Of a stretch of DNA of 64,000 nt, positions 1-11,166 are shown piece by piece. Position numbers and translations under genes: made by a program. The notes beneath the pieces were generated by a model. The model was given only the letters and a program-made list of their open reading frames with translations, was not told the DNA's origin and did not search any database. Source of the DNA: Takakia lepidozioides (Eukaryota > Plantae > Bryophyta); assembly GCA_030704615.1 (NCBI GenBank), contig CM060734.1, positions 62,000,001-62,064,000 on the forward strand. The letters are read 5' to 3'. Position 1 is the stretch's first letter. Each line of letters starts with the position of its first letter.

Positions 1-352
1 TTGTTCGACCACCAGACATAGAGACATATCCAGTTTGGATGGGTGTGATCATGACAATCTCAGATGTTGCTCATGACCGTTCAGATGAGAGATATCAACA
101 AGTCCTTCTGGAGTGGTGGAGACCTAAAGGTGTTGAGCGGAGGACGTGGATAAGTATAGAAACTGTTGGGACAAAACTTGGGAGTTCGATGAATCTGATC
201 CACCAAAGTGGATACATATGAATTATGTGGTGTGGACAATGCGACCTTGGAAGAACACCTCCAAGTGGAGCTCTAGACGTATTGGAAAGGCCGAAGCAGT
301 TAAAGCGAAAGCAAATCTATATGCTGCGAACGATCAAAATGAGTTTGATTAA
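1..352 (+). pseudogene. 3' end of a frameshifted, probably transposon-associated ORF
   Basis: Two overlapping frames (…VLLEWWRPKG… then …KYRNCWDKTWEFDESDPPKWIH…FD*) join by a frameshift near 140. It lies directly before the palindrome array. Family not identified. Confidence 0.3.
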
Positions 353-359
353 GATCAGT

Positions 360-2600
360 GTAGAGAGGTGCACGGGAGATCTCCCGTGCTAATTTGACGA
401 CAATATGTGTTAATGTTGATCTTAGTAGTGATTGCCAGGATTTTGTGGGAGATCCTTTGACAATCAGAAGTTAACATTGAATTCTCTGTTTCAACCATTT
501 GAACCTTTCAATTTCTGAACATCTATATCTCTAGCAATTTGAACCCTGACTGCCTGCATCTCAGTGAAAGTTTAGTTCTGGTTAATTGTATTTTACGCAC
601 TTAGCACAGGAGATCTCCCGAGCTACAGATACTTGACTATTGCAGACTGATACGATTAATATTCTCATTCACCATAGCGCTCATTGAATAATATAGTTAT
701 GAGTCCCAATTTGGTTCGTTATTTGATCATGATATGTCGGGGTCCGAATATCGTATTTTCTTCCATAGCGGAATGTCCTTTTATATATCTATTTCAACGG
801 TGGCCCCTTCTTGGGTGATTGCAAACTAGAGTGAACAAAAAATGGCAGATCATGAGTACATAAAGAGTACATAAATGATGATGTGGCAAATCCTCAACCA
901 TCGGATTCGCTTCAACTGACAATCTTGATCGTCTATTATTGACTGTTAAAACCAAGATTTTCAAATTGCGATAATATCAATTCACAATTTTTTTTTAAAT
1001 TTGATCATAATCAACCCTGCATTTATGGTGAATGAATGCGTCTAATGAAAAAAAAAATTGTTATTTCAAAGAATTTAGTTATAAAGGACTTTATGAAAAT
1101 AGCTATTTTTTAGGCTCAATATAGTACATAATTTTTTTTAGCTTCATATTTTTGAATGATAGTTTTCATTCCAGATTCTTCATTCTCCAAAGCAAGGTTG
1201 AGAGAGTCCTTTTTCTTGACTTTGTTCTAACTCCTATATTAAAAAAGTCCATAAGGTCTATGATAATTTACCACTATTCTATGTCTGAAAAAAATAGTGC
1301 CGTGACAGCAAAAAATGGACACTGTAGGCTGCAGTCACCCTCTTAATCTAATGTTGTAAGTTGTATCCTCACGATGTTGTTATTGATTTTCAGGTATAAC
1401 ATGAGAGGTCTCCCGTGGTATGTCTCGTTGTTTTTTTAAATTACTTTCTAGATTCTTTTCTGATCTGCGGACAAATAGTTTTTGTTCTGATCTCCAAAAT
1501 TTTAAATTTTTGAATGGCCAGTGGATGGGAATGGTTGTACATTTTTATTTGTTTCCATCTGATGGTTCCACGCATTTCGTATGTCGGACGGCCGATTTTC
1601 CATGGTGGTTGATGGTTTTCTCCCTTACACATAGTGCTTGGTAGATGTTCCGTGCTACAGTGACTTGACTATTTCCGATGATGATTATTATATTTTTCTT
1701 GGAACTCATTGTAGAATATAGTAAGGATTCACACATGTTTTCATTTTCTAAAGATGATGAGGATTTTGTCTGGTCCAAAACCTTCATATTTTCCCTTGCG
1801 GAATGTCGTTCACTACTCCGATTTTAACGGTGACGTCTTATGACGCCGATGTTGGAAATTGTATTTTCGCGATTGTGCTATTGATTTCAATTGTAGCACG
1901 AGAGATCTCCCCTGCTATGTCTCGACATCTGTTCGGCATTTCCTGGATTCTTATTTGGTATTCGGAGGGTGACAAATAACTATTGTCTTACCGGACAGTT
2001 TTAATTTCTGGGTGACCAGTTCATGTGAATGTTTGTAGATCTTATTTTCTTTTAATTTGACGGCTCAACGTTTCTCGTATTGAGCACGGGAGATCTCCCC
2101 TGGTGGGGGGGAGGTCTTAAAGCACCAGCAGCAAGCTGATATTGTACTTGAAAATTGTATTGGACATGATATCAAACCTTGTATTTGTCGGTTCAATGCA
2201 TTTCATTTGTTATTTCATGTCCTCAATGTGACAAAGATTTTTCTATCCCTTACGTTTCAATAATTCAAAAACGTTGGCAGAAATAATCCATTCAAAAACA
2301 TGTTATTGGCAAATAATGTTACTGGCAAATAATCCAAATGTTATTGCTATGTTATTTGCCAGTTTCTGCCAAATTACATAATCCAATGTTTCTACCAATA
2401 ATTTTGAGTCACGACCCATTGTGGTTTTAAAGCTCTTACTTGTTTCGTATGTGATATTGACATGCATTTGTTACATTTTTACGGGAAAGCTCCTCTCATC
2501 TTCTCTCACCATTGACATGTAGTAATCGAATGATTCGTTTCGCGTAAGTTGCGAGAAACTACCTATCGAGTGCACGGGAGATCTCCCCTCTGTGAATATA
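360..2600. repeat. Diverged ~497-bp tandem array with recurrent palindrome GCACGGGAGATCTCCCGTGC
   Basis: Perfect 20-bp palindrome at 370-389, with degenerate copies at ~604, 1397, 1585, 1633, 1894, 2083 and 2570. 1397-1620 aligns with 1894-2110 and 604-810 aligns with 1633-1840. Confidence 0.75.
813..1340. mobile_element. MITE-like non-autonomous DNA transposon
   Basis: 21-bp TIRs GGGTGATTGCAAACTAGAGTG / revcomp GGGTGACTGCAGCCTACAGTG (17/21). TCTT on both flanks (809-812, 1341-1344). AT-rich interior. Removing it restores alignment with the sister repeat unit at ~1825-1900. Confidence 0.75.
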
Positions 2601-2811
2601 CTCACGAGCGATATCCTCAAATTCAACATAGGTGTATTGCTTGTCATTTATTTTGCAAAGGACGGTGCTACTGTTCGGACCAATCCTGGAAAATCCAAAA
2701 TTGTAAGCTTTAATGCATTGTTAATACTGAATATAATGTATTTTTTTTCCATATTTATTAATTATTTATAATTATTTGACAGATGTCCAGATTTCATCCT
2801 TTTTATTTACT

Positions 2812-3470
2812 TAAAATGGTGTTCTATGAGCAAATGCTACACGAAGGCGTGAAGCCCAACTACATCATATTTGTTTGTGTTTGCAATGCGTGTGCAAGCC
2901 TGGGAGCTCTGGAAAAGGGGAAAGAGGTCCATGGTGACATTGTCAAAGCTGGAATGTACCAGACGTCATTCTGAACAGTGCCCTGGTGGACATGTATGCC
3001 AAATGTGGGTGCATTGAGGATGGGAAGGGAGTTTTCAACACTATGGCTGAATAAGATGTAGTTGTGTTGATGATATCTACCTTCTTTTGAATGGCACTTG
3101 GTTGTCAATGTCGTCCATGTTGGTTGTATTGCTAACTTCACCACTTCAAGATCACAACTATATTGAGCAGCCATGGATTTGACTTGTATGAGATCGCATT
3201 TTTGGTACACACAGCATGTTAGAGTGGCCCTTCATAAGATCACTCTTCGTTCATAGTGGTTATTATAAGTTATGGTTGTGGCATGGGTGTGGTTGGGAAG
3301 CCCTCCAACTACTTGAACAAATGCAACATGAAGGCTTGAAGCCAAATGGTATCACCTTTGTATGTGTTCTCTTTGCATGTACCCATGTGGGCTTGGTGGA
3401 TGAAAGCTGTCACCACTTTGATTTCGTGAGTCGGGATCATGGCGTCACCCCTACTCCTGAGCATTTTGTA
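2812..3470 (+). pseudogene. PLS-class PPR gene fragments
   Basis: YEQMLHEGVKPNYIIFVCVCNACASLGALEKGKEVH; frameshifted ALVDMYAKCGCIEDG…; HGCGWEALQLLEQMQHEGLKPNGITFVCVLFACTHVGLVDE. Contains stops, frameshifts and an unrelated insert at ~3070-3270. Confidence 0.9.
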
Positions 3471-5118
3471 AATTGTGCAGGTGAGGATTTGGCCACCATC
3501 CTTCAACTTGTTGGTGTTTCCATTCTACCTCATTCTGCTCAATCATGGCATATTGTTGTGACCTTGCAGGTCCTATTTTTACTGGGGAGGAGGAAAATTT
3601 GCATATGTTGTCCTGATGTATAAAACATTGGTTGTGCAGGCTGTGCTAGAGACTGGCCAGAGTAACGCATGATAGGTCAAAAAAGGACGATACTGAAGAA
3701 GAGAAGTATGTGCTTTGAGATTGTTTCCTTGACATACTTTCTGAGAACCGTTAAGAAGACTTTGTACCCTAGTTGTAGCATGGCACAAAGGCATATCGGT
3801 CTAGTCTATCTCCTCGTAGAATGATTTAGCATATCCCAACAATCGGAGGCTTGACACGGTGTAAGGTCCTTCGCTAGTAGGGTAATCAAGCTTATAATAG
3901 TGCACCTAAGCAGCATATCAATATTATCCAATGCTGAGGCTAAACAAGGCAAGGGAGGTGTCTATGGATAACTTATGACATAGCTTATAATTCCCAAGTG
4001 AAATAACAAAATTTGGATGGAAATTGAAAAACTTATGGAGGTAAGCATGCAAGGGGGTCAATATGCGACGCGAACATATTAATTGCTTTAAAGGAGTTGC
4101 TTGACTAAGTTCAAATGGACTATTTATGACAGGGAAGACTTTGAATGGTTGTGATGGTCTATTCACATGGCAGCAAGGAGATGGACCAATGACCGTAGGT
4201 TGACCATGTGTTTCACCACGACAGTGTTGAAGCTTGAGTGCTCATCTACAACGGCTATGGGCCTCGATATGCACAGTAGTGAAGCGTGTGTGTAGCGGTT
4301 ATTGGCTCTTGACCATGTGGGTTTTGACAGAGACAAATCGCTATCTTCTGTCATCTTCTCTCACCTTCTCTCCCACCTGTACACCAGATTCACATTCTTT
4401 TCAATCATTTATCTTCTATGCACTTCTTGCCTCCCACCAGCAAACAATCTCTTCTCTTGTATACTAGATTTTATTTGCTTTTGTCGGTTGCAGCCTACAT
4501 TTTACTTGCATCATTTATGCCAGTGTCAAAGCAAAGCAGAGCTAGCGGAGAATGAGCGATGACGACAGTGTCCTGTAGAGCTAACGAAGAAAGAGCGCTG
4601 ACGATAGGCCATGATTCTCGAGTTACTGTGCTTTTTAATTGCAGCTCTCATGCCTAGGTAAATGCTCAAAGACTAAGGCTATGTTGCATTGATGCTCTTG
4701 GCCCCCACATTTGTGGTTCTGCTGTGCACACTTGCCCTGCCAGTCTTTCCCCCATTGTGTGGAAGTGTGTGCATGTAATCGCGTGTATGAGAGGAGCTGG
4801 ATATGGTGACTACATAAACAACAACCTTACAAGCACTACGAGTAAGTGTTGGTATTTTTCATCTCCTGTCAACATAAGGTACGCAAGAATCTAAACCTAC
4901 ACGAGTCTTCTCTGTCACTTTCGATCATATATTTCCAAAAGAAAAATACAACTTAGCATCTGTCTAACATCTCAATATTAGCTTATTCATGGAAGCAATA
5001 ATATGTCTCTACAAAACAGATTATAAGCTATGGCTTCCTACATACTTGAGATCTACAAACCTGAGGTGAATAATAGATGCAATAGCCTAAGATGATCTTA
5101 GACATTTAAGGTTTTATC

Positions 5119-7480
5119 TTAGCCACTCTTCAGTGAAGGGGTAGCCTGTCCTGATGAAAGTAGACCTGGAAATGAGGGAACAACTGACCTCTGAGCATCA
5201 TGATGCATGACATTACTATTCATAGTTGCCAATGGTAGTCGGACATTCTCGCCATTTCCTCGGCGACTTGCCCTCATCCTTTGTAAGGCTCTCGCCATTG
5301 CTGTCTTTTGCAAATGGCTAGTAAAACCATAGTTCATCCCATGATAGATTCTCGGAGTTAGCTCCATTTGGAATAGTATTATGGAATGTCTCACCCATTT
5401 TTTGCACATTCTCAGAACTCTAGTAAGCTTCAAAGACTTATTGGTTTCTTTTCTCAACAATTTTTAATGCGGCCTTCTCACTCGCCTTCTGTCTTGCTGT
5501 ATGGGCATCTCTCTCCTTTGTACGAGCCCTCTCCTCTTTCAAGAGTCTCTTATTCTCTCATTCTTTTTCAGCCTTCCCTTAGTAGAGCCTTCTTTATCAT
5601 AATGGCTATGTATTCATCTACAGTCATGATGATGGAATTTCCATAATCCACCAAAGGTTCTGTGCCTTTCGTAGGACGTCAAAGAAACTCTGGCAAAACA
5701 AACATATTTGCAAGAGAGGACTGATCATTGCTTGAATACTGAGCACACTGAACATCCATACCTTGAGTAGAAGGCTCATGAGTGAAATTTTGCTGTTGTG
5801 GTAAGACATAGTATTGCTGGTCCACAGTAGCATCTATAGGCAGTGATGATGTAACAAGCACTTCATCACTTCCTTGCATAGTAATGTCCACAGTAGGATC
5901 TGATAGCCCCTCTTGCGTTTCTGCTCCAATTATAATGACATCAGGTGTTACTCCCTCATGGCCAGTACAATGAACATTATCAGTATGCATTGACAACAAA
6001 ACGTCAGTTGCTGCCTTGTTGCTGCCTCAGTCTCCCCTTCACTGTCGCTTGAAGGAACAACTTGAATGTTAGTGAATTGTTGGGATGACATTGTTTTTTC
6101 GTCCATTGCACGAGGATTTAGAGGCCAAATGCTAGTAGTTCGAAAACCTGCCATAATGTTTGCTGGTGTTAGAGCCTTCTGCAATGCTCGGTCAACCCAA
6201 CTAGCCAATGTAGACTTATCTGGTTCATTGAAATGCCTCTTAAGCATTTTAGAATCACGTGTAACTCTGAACGCAACTTTGAAATACTTTGAAACAAGAC
6301 ACATCCAATGGCTGAAGTGCATGTGACGTGTGCATTGGGAGTGTAACCATATCCAAGCCAATTTCCATAGCAAATGAAATAGCTTCTAGTGTCACATGAC
6401 TTCCATGATCGTCGAATATTAAAAAATGACGATCTTCAAGGGAAATATGTGGGACACTCTTCTGGAAGAAGGATAGCCACTTTGTGAATAACTTTGTTGT
6501 CATCCAAGCTTTCCCTTGTATAGCCATACATGGGCCCGGTCCACAATCCTTAACATAGTTTGCCATTATCTTCTCACCCTTGAAGATAAAGAAGTTGGGA
6601 AGGTGCTGATCTGCATTCACAACTACATTGACTGTTAACCATTCCCTGGATTTTGGAATAGTACTATAGACAAAATTAGAGCCTTTCTTTGCAATTACTC
6701 GTGCGCCAGAGTTACGGCCAATTTGTATACCAGATTCATCCGAGTTTCAGATATGTGTGGGTGGATAATTGTGTTTGTCATAGAGAAGCTGTAAATTGTT
6801 ATAGAAACCTTTGCAATGCTATGAAGTAAGAGCCTTTGCTCTAGCAACTTCTAGCCCTTCTGCCATCCGGAGCGATAGTTGTGGATGGCGGCGTTTGAAC
6901 CATTTCCACCACGAATCCCCTGGAATCCCTATTGTGAATGGAGTAACTCTGGTTTGAGTGAGCTCTGCTACTTTCAACCTCAGTTGAAGTTTTGTGATAG
7001 AATGTGCAATATCCTGCATTTTCAGAACCCATTCAACAAGAGTTGTTTCTTCACTTGGTGTGAGTACTGCCTTTGCTCCCACTTTCCTTTGAGTAATCTT
7101 TCCTGTAAAATGATCTCTCGATGAAGATTCAGGAATACTCCAATGATGTGCAGCTTGTCTTTGACTCATCTGACCTGTTTCCACTGCATCCATAGCTTCT
7201 TCAAGTTGATCATCAGTCCATTTGCCCCGCAAGACCTTGTCTCCAATTTTTTTTTGGATCCCTTGAAGTGCAAATCTTGCTGCTTTCAGGTTTTTCTTTT
7301 GCTCTATTGTTGTACCAGCTTGAGTCAGATTTTGGAGTGGTAGATATGATAGGAGATGATGGTGGAACATCTTCCAAAAGACTATTGTGAGATTGTCGAC
7401 GTTGTGGTAGAGAAGGTTGAACAATTGTTTGCTGTCCTTGAAGAAGCTCTTGAGATGATCGTCGAGTGCTGGCTACCATG
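5119..7480 (-). mobile_element. Decayed pogo/Fot-like (Tc1-mariner superfamily) DD35D transposase
   Basis: HTH_psq-like RGKWTDDQLEEAMDAV…MSQRQAA and CENP-B HTH (…WWKWFKRRHP). Catalytic NSDESG / LIFDDHGSH / HALQPLD with 35 aa between D2 and D3. In-frame stops at ~6819 and ~6748 and a frameshift at ~6290. Element ends not resolved (possibly ~3.9-8.5 kb). Confidence 0.9.
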
Positions 7481-8697
7481 TTTGATGTCTAAACTAATCT
7501 GATTTGAATTATATCTTAGACATAATGGTAAAAGCTTAAACTACTTTGGTGGAATGTCTATAAGTGCAGGAAACTCATATCCCACCTCTTTAGCCTACTG
7601 ACCCCAAGTTTTCTTCTTTGGTTTCTCTTCTACGTAATGTATATCTCCTGCAGTAGCTGGATTTCTTTGTCTTATCCAACTCTCTCTATAAATTTTACCA
7701 AATGCTAGTGATGTAGTTTTGCATAAGTATGATGAATTGTGCAACCTGTGATGAACTGATAGAAGAGATCAAACTTAGGCCATTCTAAATCTATTCGCTC
7801 ACCTTGTTGCTTTGTAATGCCTACAAGAATATCTGAATATTGAAACTATGCGCTTCCCTTGGCGTGTCTTCTTAGCTCTCCTAGACCATTCAAAACTCTG
7901 AAATTCTGCAAAATGTCTATTGACAAGAATATCAACTGGATTTGTTCCTTCTATACTCAATCTTGAACTTGAAGCATCCATTCTGTGACTTTGAAGAGAA
8001 AAGACATGAATAAGCTATGTTCCATAGATAATGAGGTAATAGAGAAAGCAAGTTGCAAGACAACACGAAACTGAGCAGGCTGGAAAAGAAAGAAGAGAGA
8101 AGAGAGTGTGCATGCAGGAGCAAGAGACGTGAAACCCATCAGGTTCATGACTATGAATGACATATAAGATCCACATATTTTTTATCAACATTTTTAATCC
8201 TATCAAATCGTTGATAAGTAATTATGCACCTTTGAAAACTCTTATTGTGGCAAATAATATGAGCACATGCAATTTTCTGCATTTGATGGTATGTGGGTGA
8301 TAGCTTAGGGATACAATACAAAGTGTGCAAAGCAAAGGAACCTCTTTGGCGGGACGGATGACATTCAATTTGTTGAGCTTTAGATTGAAAAATGTGCTCA
8401 CATCTGTATAATATCGTACGGGTACTGGTGTATCTCCACTAAATTCAATTTTGAAATCCGCGCTGGCATAGTGTTAATATCGTAATGGCAGAGGTGTATC
8501 TCCGTGTACTTTGGGGGGCCCATAGTGTGAGTGATCATAGGCTGAATGCACAATTATTATTTGCAGGATTTGCAGCAGTCATGCTGCGCAGTAATATGTA
8601 CATGCACGGTGATAGATCTGGTTACCCTAGTGCGGAGCAATGCGAAGCCCTAGTTTCTCAATTGCGATTCAATTAAAACTCTCACTCCCGAAACTAC

Positions 8698-8930
8698 ACC
8701 AACAGTTGGCAACTCAGTTGGACAGTGCATGCTACCCAGATGGTTTTGGGGTCAAATCCTCTTACCTTAATAGCTGTGGTGTGTTCTGGGCGGTGTCCCA
8801 TGCGTTGCCTTCACGGCCAGGTTACTCTGAAAGAGGTTATTTTTTCCTCTCACTCTAACTAAGAGGCCTGATTTGTGAGCTGTCGCTCCCAGGTGTTTCC
8901 CTTTGATATTTTCAAAAAGAAAGAAAAAAT
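8698..8930 (+). mobile_element. tRNA-derived SINE
   Basis: A-box-like GGCAACTCAGTTGG and B-box-like GGGTCAAATCC near the 5' end. A-rich tail at 8914-8929. 7-bp TSD AAACTAC (8691-8697 / 8931-8937). Confidence 0.7.
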
Positions 8931-8972
8931 AAACTACTACTTAATTTTAATTTCTCAATGCGAAATTAAAAC

Positions 8973-10429
8973 ATTTTTGGTACAAGATTCAGTGTGGCAA
9001 GTGATGGTCTTCTTCTTACTCCCCAGCCTTTCGAGCTTCCCGCTAGGTCGGACTGCTATGACATTAGAGTATTCTGCTCAATTTCTGGTAAAGCTGATCC
9101 CACCCCCCTGCTTGAGCTCCAAGTTTACAGTGGCTTCTTCGTATGGTTCCTATCGGCTCCTGTCGGTCAATTGCAGTTTGACCCAGGAGAGTGGCATTGG
9201 ATGAGCAAAAACAAGGATCACTTCTTCTCTTACACGGTTAAGATAGGATATTCTCTACTGATGCCAATCAAACCTTTGACAGGAAATGGTCAAACAAATG
9301 GGCTCACCTTGGCGGACAACCAATTCATTGGAAACTGGGCAGACATATGGAGAAAACAGAGATCTTCCAAAGTGTCTGCCTTTCTTTGGAAAATTGCCAA
9401 TCGTAAATTCCAGTTGGACACTACATCTTTGACCCTCCTTTGAAATGTGCCACATGCAATAGAAACGCCCCTGAGGATCTGGAACATTGCTTAGTGTCCT
9501 GCCCATTTGCTGGTTCAGTTTGGGCTCGTGCTATCTCCCTTTATTCTTCTTGGGACATGGATCTCATATACCCCATTTCTGCTCTTCTTCTCAATATCAA
9601 AGATGGCAGATCCTTCTGCTCTTGCCAATTCCCTGTTTGCAGAAACTTTTGTTCTTAGTTCACTTAGACATGTTGTCTGAGGCTCGCAAGGCATGGGATG
9701 TTTTGGCGGCAGCTCTTTCCAGGTGCAATAACAGAAGGAGAAACCAACTCGTTGCAGCATTTGACAGCTCGTGGGGGAGGGGAGGGTTCTTCTGTAGACG
9801 GATTTCAGAGTCAAGAGTTCAATGGTTCGAAGACCTCCCACCCTGCTGGCAGTTCCATAGGAGCCAAACGGTCCTCCCTCGAATCTGAAGAAGGAGAAGT
9901 GAATTGGAGGCACAAAAGAAGTCTTAGAACGGCAAAATCTAAGGCGCAGTTATCATTTGAGAATCCCAAAAGGAAGCGGGGTTCCTTTTGATTACGAGAA
10001 GGATTCTGATTCTCTACCTTCATTTTTGGAAGATTTGATCATTTCTTTGGTCAGTCAGGCTGGGGCCAGGGTACTTCTTTCTTGATCTATGCTTCTTGCT
10101 CTCCTCCCTGCCGCTAGGGTTATTAGTTACATTTTCTGTCTTGCCATAGTTGTCTGCTGCTAGTGCTACAATATGGTGTAGTTAGTTTATGGCTCCAGCT
10201 CAGGCCCTGCTGATGGAGTGGAGCTCCCCACAGAAGTTGATGCTTGGCTCTTCTGCCATGCCTTAGCTTTGTCCACTTTATCTCCCCCCTCTCTTTAGAT
10301 CTACAGGCTCAGAGTGGCTCAGTCATCACCCTTATGGCTCTCTGTAAGGTTATTTTTTCTTTACCTCATTTTTAATTTTATAGGGCTACTATCCCCCCAT
10401 TCTTAAAATTTAAGAAAAAAAAAAAAAAA
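8973..10429 (+). mobile_element. 5'-truncated L1-clade LINE (ORF2 3' end, 3' UTR, poly-A)
   Basis: zf-RVT-like FFSYTVKIGY…WADIWRKQRSSKVSAFLWK and CCHC knuckle CATC…EDLEHCLVSCPFAGSVW. Frameshifts present. Poly-A at 10415-10429 and short AAAAC duplication at the ends. Confidence 0.9.
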
Positions 10430-11166
10430 CTCTCACTCCCGAAACTACTACTTAATTTTAATTTCTCAATGCAAAATTAAAACTCTCGTTCCCGAAACTA
10501 CTACTTACTTTTAATTTCTCAATGCGAAATTGAAAGATAGATGAGATAGTTTATCGTTTTGGTGCAAGTGCACCCTATAAATGCACACCACCTCAAAACA
10601 TTTAAATCCAATGACCGCGGTTTAAAAACATACAACCCCCATGACCGTGGGTTGTGCTCACGCCATGCTTAGAGGATACCAAAAACCCCCCACATACGCA
10701 CCACGTCGGCCATACTTTTTTATGCAGCTCCTTGCCGTGAGTTGGGGTACATAATGTGGTAGGTGAAGGTGCTGCTCTGCGATGAAGACCAATCAGATTC
10801 TTGCGTTTCCTGCCAGTGCGCTCCACTGCCGCTCGTATGGTAACGGCCTTAGTGAAACCGAGGTAAGAGAGGGTGGGGAGGATTTGACAGGGCCCCGCCG
10901 GAGGAGACCAGGCTGCCGGAATCCGGCAAAAGTAACGACAGATGGCACGAGTGCATGAAGTTCTTACCTTCTTCCGAGTGTCCTCCCGCTTGTGTTGCTT
11001 AGAAGCTTTTCTGCTGTGCCATCTTTGAGGGGAGTTTGCTCAATTTAGGGTTGCTTCGACATCTTCTACGGCCCCACACTCGAATTGGCATTCCAGGAAG
11101 CTGATTCATTGAATTGTCATTTGATCAATAGGACTGGCGGAGAGCTTGTGAGGAACAAGATGGTCC

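Larger units (their letters stand above)
8654..10535. repeat. 53-bp minisatellite (about 3 units) interrupted by two retroelement insertions
   Basis: Unit AAAACTCTCACTCCCGAAACTACTACTTAATTTTAATTTCTCAATGCRAAATT. Intact units at 10426-10478 and 10479-10531. One split unit at 8675-8697 + 8931-8972. Confidence 0.85.

Noticed and set aside
360-2600. CRISPR-like array (palindromic repeats with spacers)
   Set aside because: Spacers are 50-500 bp and homologous to one another, there are no cas genes, and the context is eukaryotic.
6748-6821. Stop codons repaired by U-to-C RNA editing
   Set aside because: Reverse editing is organellar, a TGA-to-TGG fix is not U-to-C, and the ORF also has frameshifts. 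Mutational decay is sufficient.
3890-8530. TIRs delimiting the DD35D element, or a CACTA end at 8523-8527 (TAGTG)
   Set aside because: Only weak similarity between the candidate ends, no matching CACTATGGG left end and no clear TSD.
8698-8770. tRNA gene
   Set aside because: A/B boxes are present but no convincing cloverleaf or acceptor stem. The tail and TSD indicate a SINE.
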